Shown in pieces: positions 1 through 33,199 of a stretch of 64,000 nucleotides of DNA (positions are counted from its first letter, which is position 1; every line of letters starts with the position of its first letter). The position numbers were made by a program, and so were the translations under genes. The stretch is taken from contig CAVNZM010000005.1 in the NCBI GenBank assembly GCA_963693365.1, forward strand, positions 6,083,167 to 6,147,166, given 5' to 3'. Under the pieces are notes generated by a model that made no database searches, was not told where the DNA came from, and worked only from the letters and a program-made list of their open reading frames with translations. Origin of the DNA: Amoebidium appalachense (Eukaryota > Protista > Ichthyosporea).

Positions 1-126
1 GGAGCGGGGGGAAGGGGGGGATGGAGATGGGAAAAGGTCTTAGTTTCTTTTGCGAGTCCCCCCTGTGTTACCGAGACGGGTCGGTTTTATTTTTGTCAAG
101 AGGTGTGTTTAGGCAAACTTTTCTGT

Positions 127-171
<45 letters not shown>

Positions 172-500
172 GTAGCAGTACACAGCATAAAGTACACTGA
201 CACACAGTATATAGCAAAGCAGAGAACTTGAGATGCACCCACCAACACACAAAAAGAGTCATCGTATGGGCAGACCCACGCATGAGCATGGGGATGGTAG
301 ACGGACCACTTGGTGGGGAAGGGAGAAAGGGGGTGAGAAAGTGGGGGGGGGGGGGGGGGAAGGAGAGGGGGGGGGGGGGGGGGGGCGGGGAGACGGGGAA
401 GGGGGAGAGCGGGGGAGGAGTAGGGAACACGGGGAGGGGAGGGGGGGGGGAGAGGGAAGAGGGGGGGGGGGGGGAGAGGAGAGGAGCAGGGGGGACTTAC

Positions 501-670
501 TATATGGGTTGAGGAGAAAGAGGGGCTTGCCGGGACGGGGCAGGCGGACGGAGATGTGGTTGTAGATGGTGTCATTCCAGCCAAGCATGTCCACAATACG
601 GTAGCACGCTGCAACGGTGTGGATTAGTCGACGGGCTCGAGATCTTCTGATGTTTACTAAGTTTATGTAG

Positions 671-742
<72 letters not shown>

Positions 743-876
743 AAAACCCCCTCCCCCCCCTCCCCCCTTCCACCATCCCTCCACCACCTTTCTTGAAACA
801 GAAAAGGCCGATGAAGGTAATGAAGCCCTTACATCCCACCAACATCGTAGCATGGCACAAGAAAAAGGCGTTGGGG

Positions 877-912
<36 letters not shown>

Positions 913-945
913 GCGTGTGTGTATGTGTGTGTATGTGTATGTGTA

Positions 946-976
<31 letters not shown>

Positions 977-1280
977 ATGTGTGGTGTGTGTGTGTGGGGG
1001 GAGGGGGGGGGGGAGGGGGGGGGGGAGGCTGGCCACTGATAACGGACAGGATGCTGAAAGGGGGGTGGGGTTGGATGGGGTGGGATGGGGGGGGGGGGGG
1101 GAAGGGGGAGGAGGGGAGACGGGTAAATTCACCTGCCAGGTCTACCCTGAGCTTCCATTCTTTCTCGTCGGCACTTGGCTTGTGGTCTGCGGTGGCGGCC
1201 AAGGTGAAACGCCTGACGCCCACTGCAAGGGGAAGGCGGGAGGGGGTGACAAGGGAGCGAACGAGCCGCGGCGCGAACAT
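501..1280 (-). CDS. Class II aldolase/adducin-head family protein with probable mitochondrial presequence; 5' part only, continues past the left edge
   Basis: Exons 1280-1133 (MFAPRLVRSLVTPSRLPLAVGVRRFTLAA...EKEWKLRVDLA) and 608-501 (ACYRIVDMLGWNDTIYNHISVRLPRPGKPLFLLNPY) join in phase 1 via GT..CTAAT..CAG. The LR.DLA.CYR...GW...IYNHIS.R...FL.NP motif is typical of class II aldolase/adducin N-terminal domains. The N-terminus is Arg-rich and lacks acidic residues. Confidence 0.85.
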
Positions 1281-1387
1281 TTTCAACAAGGAAACTTCTG
1301 AAAAGGCAGAAGGTTGGGTGTAGATCTAGACACACACAGAGAGAGAAGGGGTTGAGTGTAGAATAATGTGTGTGTGTGTGTTGCCGG

Positions 1388-1552
1388 CTCGTATTTATAC
1401 TAAAGCCCTAAATAACGAAACTTTTGCTGACACAAGGAAATAAGCGAAAGGCCGGAAAACTTATACTGGAAGCATAAGACGTGCTCCGATTGGCTCATGC
1501 GTTTCTCGTTTTCTGATTGGATACCAACTGAGCCACAATTTTCAACCAATAG
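1388..1552 (-). promoter_or_regulatory. Putative core promoter of the aldolase-like gene
   Basis: TATAAATA on the minus strand at ~1392-1399, ~115 bp upstream of the ATG; CCAAT/ATTGG boxes at ~1489, ~1516 and ~1546. Confidence 0.5.
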
Positions 1553-2380
1553 GAACACTCAATGTTTGTAAACAAATAGCGGGGTCACGACTCAGTCTCC
1601 AGGGTGTGATATAATGAATCGATATTATAGTCATAGTGTCGTAGGGTCCGGTTGAAATAGCTGCCTGGTTTATGTTGGTTTTCTCAACTTTACGAGCGCT
1701 TTTCGCTTGAATCTTCGTTTGTGTCAATATATATATGCGATGATGCCACGTTGTTGCCTCCCAGGCTTTCAGTGGGTGTAGGCGTGTGTGTGACAGTACT
1801 GTGCCGGGTTCGGGGAACGTGCTTATATATGAAACGTGCACATGATAACAACGCATACTTTCGGCACGCCTCCCACATAGCCTGTGTGTGCATTGTACAT
1901 GCATTGAAAAGTTTTTTGAAGCTTCGTGTGTGCCAATGTATCGATGCAAGGGTTTTGTAGTGGGTGTAGGTGGATGTGTGGTTGGGGAAACGTGCACCTG
2001 ATAATAATTACAACAACGCCGCATGACGATACTTTCGACATGTACACGCCTTCCACCTAGCACGTGTGCCTGGTGTGCAAATGTAGGAATATGCACAGTA
2101 TGCCATGATACACTTATTCACTACAGATAACGAGCTCTTCGAGTATTAGTGCTGGGACCGTATACAACCGTGACGTAGGCTGTGATACAGGCCTAGGCTG
2201 CAACACGAGCACTTTTTTTCCAGCATGCAGACGCTCAGAGAGTCGTTTCTATTTTCATGATAGCCTCCTCTCGTTTTTTGGTATATATAGATTTCCACTG
2301 GGGCCCCCGTCAATGACCTAAATAATGTCCCCTGGGTAAGGGAATCCTCGAGCAGGCCTGGAGGAGGAGGAGGAGGAGGA

Positions 2381-2417
<37 letters not shown>

Positions 2418-3494
2418 TTTTCCACAAATTCGACTAGAGACTGACGTCATGACGATCATACGGTGAAAACTCCCAGAAGGTAGAAGTAATAGAGGAAACG
2501 TTTTTAGAACTGGCGTAGATCAGTGGAAGTCAGTGGGCCCGAGAAGATATGTTGCCAGTGCACGTGGTGGTGGTGGTGGGGCAAAGGTGGTGGAGGTGGA
2601 GGTACTGGTGGTGGGTGTCACAGTGGGTGTTTGGGTGGGGTGGATGGGTGGGTGTGTGTGTGGGGGGGGGGGGGGGGGGGGGGGGAGAAGGAAGAGGGAG
2701 GATGCCTAGGGGAGGCGGAGGTATATCATCAGCAGGGGGGGGGGATTACGAAAAAAAATCGTCGTTATTACGATTAACGAAAGACCCCGATACGAATAAG
2801 GTTAGGGTGCCGTCGTAACAGCTTTCGTATCAGATGTATAGCATTATAAACGCTAATATCTAACTTTACCTAATTTTTTCAATATTTCTGTTCAAGAACA
2901 TATCTACAGCGCTTCTCATGAGCAATATCGAACCCCGACAAGTGTCCACTTGTAATTTTGCGATACTTAATTTGTAAAAACGCGTATTTTGAGTTTTGTG
3001 ACTGGAGGGGCATTTTTAGCTGGGCTTGCAGATCCCCAAGAACCCCCCCGTTACGATTAAGAAACTGTCCGTTACTATTGGCCAAAGGACAATACGGTTA
3101 AGCTGGCCAACCCCAGCCCAACCCTGATCATCAGCACGGTAACGGTCTTAAGCTACTGATAGAGCTGTGATAAAAACTGTTTCAAACCATCAGAAAAAGT
3201 CCGAGGCATTACATAATATTATCTATTCAACAGTATTGATACACATGCTGCAGTGTGCAAACATGCGGCGCGCGCCCACACATTTGTGCGTGTGTGTGCC
3301 TGTGCCAGCGTACAACTTGCACGCATGCCAGTGAGGATTCTCATTTTCTTGCATACGTTCGTGCCATTATATATCCCCCCCCCCCCCCCGCCCCTCCAAA
3401 AACCCACCCACACCACGACCACTACCCACCCACCCACCCATCCAAAAGCAAGAATACAGTAGGGAGGAAAGAGAGACAGAAGTTTTAAAAAAAA

Positions 3495-3557
<63 letters not shown>

Positions 3558-3954
3558 AGAGGGGGGGGGGGGGGGGGGGGGGGGGGGGAGGGAGGAAGAG
3601 AGGGGAGGCCGGGTGGAGGGAGGGAGGGAGGGAGGGAGCAAAAAGAAAAAGGAGAGAAACTGCCTTGAAAAGAATAGAGAAAAAAGAAGAATAAAAATAC
3701 CCTTGAAAAGAAAAGCAAAGTGAAGGGAAAAGCGCCACCGTCCCCATTCCCATTCCACTTTCACGATATCTTGGCCTTAAAAGCTGAAAAAAGAAGAGAG
3801 AAGCTCCTGAAAAAGAAAAGAGAAGGGAAAAAGCAAGGAAAGAAGGTTTCCCCCATATTTACACCTTCTCTCCCTTTTCGTTTGCAGGCTCACCCACCGG
3901 GGGTATTTCTTCCTCGGGCTCTGCAGGTCTCCAAAAAGAAAAACAAAAAATCTG

Positions 3955-4171
<217 letters not shown>

Positions 4172-4267
4172 TAGCAAGATGCACATCCATCCCCATTTCC
4201 ATTTTCTCTCCTTTTCTCAATCACATTTCACCCCTTTCTTTTTTTCATAGCTGCATTTCATGCACTA

Positions 4268-14229
<9,962 letters not shown>

Positions 14230-14635
14230 TCTTGCGTTGGTGTGCTACAAAGCGTCCAGAATACTCGTCGGTGTATCTCGAAGTTGCACAAGGCCAACGG
14301 TAATTTCGTAGCTGCGGTCTGTATGTACAAAGTTTATGCGCTGAGCGGGGCCGGCCACCAGGGAAATTTTGGCGCCAAGTGGATTTTGCGCAGAACTTGC
14401 GCAAACACCACATACAGGGGCAGGCGCCTGCAGTGATCGATCAAGCTTGACTGAAAAAGTATTCCAAAAAAAACAGTTTGGCTACACTACATACAGAAGC
14501 TCACTGTTTCACATCAGCATCAACATATTAGGTGTGGATTGACCTCATAACACCCTGTTACTTTCATCTCTGTTACCACCTCTGTTACTTTCATCCGGTA
14601 TTATTACCCATTTCTATCGAATCAACACCCACAGC
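14230..14635. promoter_or_regulatory. Bidirectional promoter region between taxilin and IMP2
   Basis: Divergent ATGs only ~406 bp apart; the interval is free of microsatellites. Confidence 0.6.
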
Positions 14636-15182
14636 ATGTGGGAAGCACTGGTGAAGACAGCACGCAACTTTGCGCTTGCTCTGCCTGTGGTGGTTGCCTG
14701 CTCGGACCATGTTGTGAGTTGCTATGCCGTGCATGGCGAGTCAATGCAGGTGCGTGCTGGATCATCCCCCCCCCCTCCCCCCCCCCCCCCCCCCTCGCCC
14801 GCACCCGCCCTCCCTCCTCCCCCCCCCCCCCCCCTCCCCGTCCTGCCCGCCCCCCTCGCTCCCCTTTACCCCCCACTACTCCCCCTTCACTTTCTCCTCC
14901 GTCCATCCTCATTCTCTTACTCTCTTCCCCCCACCCACAAATTTCTCTTTATATATACACATCTCGCTCTCTCTTTCTCTCCCTCTCGCCCTCTCCCTCC
15001 CTCTGCCTCCCCATCTCTTTCTCTCACTCTCTCACTCTCGCTCTCTCTCTCTCCCCCTCTCCCCGTGTCTCTCACGCTGTCTCTCTCTTCTTCTCTTGCT
15101 GTTTTCTCTCGCTCGCTTTGCTCTCGCTCTCCCCACACACACACACACACACACCTCTGCCTCCCTCCCTCTCTCCCCCTCT

Positions 15183-15230
<48 letters not shown>

Positions 15231-15444
15231 TCTCTCTCACTCTCACTCTATCTCCCCCCCCCCCCCCCCCCCCCCCTCTCTCTCTCTCTTTCTCTCCTAA
15301 AATTTCACGGCTGTTAATTCAAACACAAACACATTTTCAAGTCTACCCATCCACCCTTCCCCCCTTCCCCCCTCTCCCCCCCCCCCCCCCCCCCCCCCAC
15401 ATACACACACACGCACACACACACAAATACACACACACACACAC

Positions 15445-15498
<54 letters not shown>

Positions 15499-16270
15499 TA
15501 ACGGTTGCTTTGCTGCTGCAGCCCACACTCAACCCTGCCGAGAGTCTACGTCAAAAAGACTACATTTTATTTCTGCGATGGAACACGCGCAATAGAAGAT
15601 ACCAGAAGGGCGACGTCGTGGTGTTATCGTATGCCCCCCCCCCCCCCCCCCCCCCCCCCTCCCCTCCTCCCCCTCTCCCGCCCAGCACACACACACAGAG
15701 AGAGGGAGGAACACACACACACCTCACTTCATCCACACACACGTGCGCGCAGAAATACAGCTATTTGCCTAGGGCATCTTTTGCACACGGATATGCACAC
15801 ACACACATCAATCCATTTGTTAGCTTCTTACCCCCCCCCCCCCCCCCCCCCCCCCTTGCCCCCCCCCCCTCACCCCCCGACCTGTGTAGGTGCCCCCCAC
15901 GTGCTTCCATATTTGGCAGGTGTTCTCTTCCGATTATTGGTTCTTTTCTGGCGTTTTGTTATCAAAGCAGATCCCTTTTTTTCCTCCACAGATTCAGAAC
16001 GTGTGCATATATATACCTGTGTTCCCTCTTTACCATCTTTGGTTTGTAATCCTGGGGTTACTCTGATGGAGGTTTTCACTCACATTCACCTGTCCCTCTC
16101 CTTGTTTTCTGTTTTCCCCTTTCACCTGTTCTTTCCCAATTCTGCGTGCTGACCCATCTCCACCCCCCCCCCCCCCCCCCCCCCGCCCCCGGCCCCTAAC
16201 CCCCCAGACCCCCCAGACCCCCCCTTTTTTTTCCCTCCCCCACGCCACCACATCCAATCATCCACTTCAC

Positions 16271-16301
<31 letters not shown>

Positions 16302-16310
16302 TGCGCACAC

Positions 16311-16359
<49 letters not shown>

Positions 16360-17155
16360 ACAAACCACACCCACACACACACGTACACACACTCACACTT
16401 ACCTTCTCCCCCCCCCCCCCCCCCCCCCCCCACACACACACACGTACACACACACCGCACACGCACACGTACACACGTACATAGTGCACCCGACGATCCA
16501 GGCAGCTACCTCGTCAAGCGCATCATAGGCACGGAGCATGAGGTGGTCAGGGCCACACGGGGCAACCGCAAGTACGTGCGCATCCCAAAGGGCCACTGCT
16601 GGGTGGAGGGAGATAACGCCCACAGGAGTGTGGATAGCCGAACTTTCGGCCCGGTAAGTTGTTTCCCCCTTGTGGATAGTTGAAATTTCGTCCAGTTGAG
16701 GTGTGCTTGGCTGATATAGTGGATAACCGAAATTTGGGCCATTTGTTCTTTATTCGACTGATTATGCCTTGCCTGGCTGTCGGTGTTAAGTTGTGGTGCT
16801 CTTGTCACCTGTGCTAGTTGGCCCTTTCTAACCCCTCCCCCCCCCCCCTCTCCTCCCTCCCCCCGCCTCCCTCCCCTTCCCCCCTCCCCACCCCACCCCA
16901 CGCGCACACACACACAAATCCCAACCCTCTCCGGTCCCCTCACCTAACTGTACATTTTCTGGACCTGGCTGTACTTGGCCCTTTCTGATTTCTTTTTCTT
17001 TTTTTTTTTTGGTTCATGCTCGGCGTTTCATCATGTCTCTTTGCCTAAATATAGAAAGAGTGTGCATGTGTGTTTCCGTTGGTAGCTGTAAAGGGAAATG
17101 GGAGTGGCCCGTTTCTGACATCAGCTCTTTTCTCTCTCTCTCTCTCTCTCTCTCT

Positions 17156-17186
<31 letters not shown>

Positions 17187-17228
17187 CCCCCCCCTCCCCC
17201 CCCCCCCAAACCACCACTACTGGCACCA

Positions 17229-17311
<83 letters not shown>

Positions 17312-17489
17312 CACATACTCACTCACACAACCACCACAACCACCACAACCACTACCACACACGCACACACACACACACAACCATCACCGCCACCACACAA
17401 GCACAACACCGTACACACATGCACACACATGCGCGCGCGCGCGCGCACACACACACACACACACATACACACACACACACACAAACACA

Positions 17490-17549
<60 letters not shown>

Positions 17550-17812
17550 CACATACTCACTCACACAACCACCACAACCACCACAACCACAACCACACAC
17601 GCACACACACATACACAACCATCACCACCACCACACAAGCACAACACCGTACACACATGCGCACACGCGCGCGCGCGCGCACACACACACACACACGCAC
17701 ACATACTCACACAACCACCACAACCACCACAACCACAGCCACACACGCACACACACATACACACAACCATCACCACCACACAAGCACAACGCCGTACACA
17801 CATGCACACACG

Positions 17813-17849
<37 letters not shown>

Positions 17850-17992
17850 CCACCACCACAAACACGTACACACACACACACGTACAGGTTGCGCTTGCCC
17901 TGATCGAGGGCAAGGTTACACACATCGTGTGGCCGCCACACCGCATAGGCCGGGTTTCCAACCAGCCACCTCCAAGCGTTGTGCATACCTGA
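14636..17992 (+). CDS. IMP2: Mitochondrial inner membrane protease subunit 2 (IMP2/IMMP2L, peptidase S26)
   Basis: Exons 14636-14749, 15522-15628, 16485-16653, 17888-17992. Spliced protein has V.GESMQPTLNP (catalytic Ser), GDVVVLSAP.DP...LVKRIIG (catalytic Lys), [39 protein letters not shown]; ends in TGA. Confidence 0.93.
17290..17860. repeat. Compound microsatellite block repeated about 3 times in IMP2 intron 3
   Basis: Unit cacatactcac..acaaccaccacaaccaccacaacc...caagcacaac(a/g)ccgtacacacatgc recurs at ~17310, ~17550 and ~17700. Confidence 0.75.
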
Positions 17993-18012
17993 GCCCACTC
18001 TCGGCATGTACA

Positions 18013-18048
<36 letters not shown>

Positions 18049-18444
18049 CCGGTCGTTCCACGTAACGGGTGCTCAAGGACATCGGGGCAAGAGTTCCACT
18101 TCATATGTATTTCGCTCTTGGGATTCGTTTTCTTGTATCCCCCCCCTCCCCCCCCCCTCCCCCTCCCCCCTCATCCCCGGCTGTTGTGCCCGCACACACA
18201 CATATACAAATACGCTTATATGGAGTCGGTCTTGTCCTCAACACCTCCCCCCCTCCCCGCCCTCCCTCCCCCCCCCCCCATCAACTTCTACATATTTGCA
18301 ATGTACGAATCGATATGCATGAATGAGATTGGTGCCTGTTAGAAAATGACGCATTTTTGATGCTAGCTAATGGATGGCATTTTGCTGTCAGGTTACTGTA
18401 GATCCCGTAAATTGAGCGGAAACATTGTTTAGACGAATTTATTT

Positions 18445-18640
18445 TTGATGTAAAGTGTCGAGAACACCGTGTTCTAGCTGGAGACGAATATATTTGTTAT
18501 GTATGTAAAGTGTCGAGAACATTGTGTTCCAGCTGGAGACGATTATATTTGTATGTACAGTGTCGAGAACATTGTGTTCTAGCTGGAGACGAATATATTT
18601 GTTATGTAAAGTGTCCAGAACATTGTGTTCTAGCTGGAGG
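18445..18640. repeat. Minisatellite, 4 x ~52-56 bp with internal hairpin AGAACA-ttg-TGTTCT
   Basis: tgta(a/c)agtgtcgagaacattgtgttctagctggagacgaatatattt repeated four times downstream of IMP2. Confidence 0.85.
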
Positions 18641-19150
18641 GCTATGATGTGGCTGTGTAGTAGTTGACAATAACGAAAGGGTAAATATTTCATCTGCATC
18701 AATGTTCCACACTTTTTTCTTGTTTTACATATGATGCTGATAGCACCAGGCAAAAATTGTTTTCATAAAACTAAAGAAAAGCAAAAAAGTAGGAATATAC
18801 AGATCCAACATGCATATGTATGGGGCACATGTTGTGTTTCCGGATTGGCCGGAGGGAGCAGCCATGATCCAAATAGGTGATGCTGTTTTGCCGGCTTTGC
18901 CTCTGTGAGGTAATTAGTTAACACAAAAAATTTCGTACAAAAAATACGCGATCGATTCGGCATGCATGATTGCCTACATTGCGTACTTTTGAACTCAGCT
19001 ATACACAACTACGAGTCCCCCAAACACACACACACACACACACCGCGTATCGCGTGCGCGCACACACGTGCACACACCACCAGCACCAGCACCAACAGTT
19101 GCATGTAGGTATTGCATGCAGCTTGCCTAAAGGGGAAAATAGAGCGTGTC

Positions 19151-19237
19151 CACTGAATTTGGCACGAAGATCTAACCGCACGTGAACTGTTAACACTGAA
19201 TTTGGCACGAAGATCTAACCGCACGTGAACTGTTAAC
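19151..19237. repeat. Tandem duplication of ~43 bp
   Basis: cactgaatttggcacgaagatctaaccgcacgtgaactgttaa x2. Confidence 0.85.
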
Positions 19238-19399
19238 GTATCCTGGGGAACTTCAGGTGGGCTGATCGAGTCTGACTGTCACGGTGGGTGGGTGGGTGAT
19301 TGTGCTGTTATATCTTCTTCATACTATTTGTTTCTCTTGGGTGTTTGTATGTGGGGGCGGGTGGGTGGGTGAAGGGGGGAGGATGGGGGCGGGGCGGGC

Positions 19400-19445
<46 letters not shown>

Positions 19446-19982
19446 TAAAAAGCTTTCGAACCTAAAAAAGGGCGTTTGAACAGCACTACAACACAGACTG
19501 ACAGAGCAGAGTCCGCTCTGCGACTGATGATCGATACATACGGTACGGTACTTGCCATGCACACAACGAGTGGACGTTCGACTTCCGTCGTACGTTTGCA
19601 AATCAACTCGGTTTATTCGCATAGATAATGTTTGAAAATGCGGTTATAATTGTAAATGCCCTTACAACCAGCCAGCTACTAAGTTGGGGGTTTACGCTGT
19701 TTACTCGAGGCAAAGAGAAACCAGTCTCAGGTATGGGGGGGGTTTTGCTCGGAATATCCCCTCAGCGGTATATCATGATCACGTACATAGATGTCGGGTG
19801 ATGACTATATATCAGGGTTTACTTTCTCTACGAGACACCATAAAGACTACAAAGAGAAATCAATTAGTTGGGGTTCCCCGTTTTTTTTTTTTTTTTTTTT
19901 TTGGGGGGGGGGTTTTTTTTTTTTTTTTTTTTTTTTTTGGGGGGGGGGGGGGGGCTCCCCTGGGACACTCGGTATCAGCTGG

Positions 19983-20039
<57 letters not shown>

Positions 20040-20046
<7 letters not shown>

Positions 20047-21010
20047 TAGAATTTTGTAGTGATGTGTTTCTCAAGCCAATCAATACATCTAATAAAAAGG
20101 TCGTAGTTACGCGTGTTTAGTATAGAATCAAGGATGTTGTAATTTACAGGTAGGCTATCTTTCTGTGTGTCTGTTGTGAATGTGACGTGTGTGTGTTGCG
20201 GTATTATGTGGTCTATCGATTTGAAATTACATTTGGCGATACATGACCAATTAAACTGGTGTGTGTGTGTGTTGTTTGGGCATGCAAATGGTGCCACCTT
20301 ATACTTATTAGATCTCCACTGTATAGCACGTGTACAGTAAAAGCGTGGTAATTGATCAATAAGGGCCATCAGCTAGAGAAAGACCAGTTCTACAGGAAGG
20401 TAATATGTATTTAGGTGTTATACATTTGCGAATGCCATATTTGGTAATTATGGTTGAGGCGGTCAGTATATATAAAACGAGACATAAGGCTTAGTTTTTC
20501 AAGGTGTATGCTTTCATCGGGTCTAGTGTCGTGTGCTATCTTTTTCCATTTTAAGTTATATTGCGTGATTATCTTGTGATTGTGTACATGTTTAATAAGT
20601 AAGTGGCAGTCCAAAGTCACACACACACTTTTGCGGGGTTTATTTGTATTTGTGCCCAGGGGAGAAGGGGAGAGAGAGGGAAGGAAAGAAAGGAGAGGTG
20701 AGGAGGGGACAGGTCGGATAGAGAAGAGAGGGTGGGAGGGCAAATACTTCTTTAAGCGGCTTATGTGCTTATTGAATTTCAGCGCGAGATAGGATACTCT
20801 AGCAGCTATTGGGACCAGACCATATATCGAGAGCGTTACAGGCCCAGGTTTACAACAGTTGTTAGATAGAAAGGAGGCAACTTCTGCTTCAAGGAAATTT
20901 GCCAAGGGTTTAAGCGCTCTAGTTCTCTCTTTCTTGATCCAAGCGGCGAGAAGGGGTAAACCATATTCACATGCCGGGAAGACAAAAGTGCGGATAAATG
21001 TAAGTCTAAT
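20040..21010 (-). mobile_element. 5'-truncated, degenerate non-LTR retrotransposon (post-RT and C-terminal Cys region)
   Basis: Minus-strand translation gives RLTFIRTFVFPACEYGLPLLA (the post-RT TF.RP..EYG motif) and later AIQWRSNKYK...CP...H....C...C. It is homologous to 37420-38260. Stops are present, and the 3' end abuts a (CA)n tract. Confidence 0.7.
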
Positions 21011-21097
21011 AGAAGGATGGAGGGGCTAATAGAAGGATGGAGGGGCTAGAAGGATGGAGGGGATAGAAGGATGGAGGGGATAGAAGGATGGAGGGGC
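21008..21097. repeat. 5 x 17-20 bp tandem (at)agaaggatggagggg at the 5' truncation point of the LINE fragment
   Basis: Directly visible. Confidence 0.85.
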
Positions 21098-21824
21098 GGA
21101 ATCTGCCGGGGCTCGATATTATTGCTAGTGGTTGGTAAGGGGGCTAAATTACAACCGCCTGATATATGATTATAAATATTGCCATTTATTATAATCAATT
21201 AACCGCCACTGAGGATTCAGAGGCGCTGATAATAATGGCTTCTAATTTATTTATTATTCATAATCTTTGACTTTATAATTATTAACTTTAACGAGGATGA
21301 AACCAGGGAATTTCGGTGATCGGTCTCTGGGCCAAATTCATATGAAAAACAGGGTTACATCGAGAGTGAAAAGGTAGCCGAATTATGCGCTAGAGCAAGA
21401 ATTTTTGCATGTTGATTATGTAAATAGTGTTTTCTTCAAATGTTCAGTACAGAAAAATTATAACTCAATTGGTTCGGCGTCAGCGACCGACAAACCAACT
21501 GCAGCAAATCTGGTACCATGCAACAATTTTGGCTCTAGCGCATATCTCGGCTACCTTTGCACTCTCTGCTCTGCCTTTTAAGGTAGCTGGAACCATGGAA
21601 TTTCAATCATTAAAAGCGATAAATATCAATTACCGCTGGAGTCGATATATATATACTATTGAAATAAAAGTTTCAGTGACAGTTTCGTTAAGCAACAACG
21701 GTGACGCCATGGGAAATCCGAACCATGATTACCGGTTTCAATCACGGTAGACAACCTCGAATGATCACATCAAGCCTGAGAATTAAACGAACGGACCAAA
21801 TTTACAGGCCACCTCGAAGATTTC

Positions 21825-32690
<10,866 letters not shown>

Positions 32691-33199
32691 TCCTAGTGTT
32701 CTGGGAGCATCCTCCACCATATTTTCGGTTCCTTGGACACTTTTTACGTGCTAAGGACGAGTATTCGCGACTCGACAACGAAAACTCGCCGATAAACTTT
32801 GAAGTATTCAAGCCAACACTCACTCATCCAGGGAGGGGTGAGTAGAGTGAAGCTCTGTGGGAGCGTTGCGAACGTTTCATTACCTTCTGACTTCTGACGT
32901 CGACCTTCGGGTAGGGGAAGTCCATGGCAGGGGGATCTCCGTGGTTCTAATATTGAAATTAAAAGACCAAACTGAAGATTGTGCGGTGTGACCGAGTGAG
33001 GCCGTATGTATGAACGTATCGATTTATGAACATGTATGAATGTAAAATATCAAAAGTCAGAAAACCTGCATTTTGGTCTTTGGAAAGAAACAAAGTTACA
33101 TACATATTGTGAAAAAGGGAGAAAGCCGTCCGAAGTTCAGCGCGATCACGGGACTGCGCCGAAAAACCTTATCCTTTGGAATGTGGCACATACCATCCT

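Noticed and set aside
1280-1400. Acceptor-like site upstream of the aldolase ATG suggesting trans-splicing
   Set aside because: A TATA box and CCAAT boxes lie immediately upstream, so an ordinary short 5' UTR explains it.
2440-3200. Possible MITE or extra taxilin exons
   Set aside because: No convincing terminal inverted repeats, TSD or phase-consistent exon chain could be established by eye.
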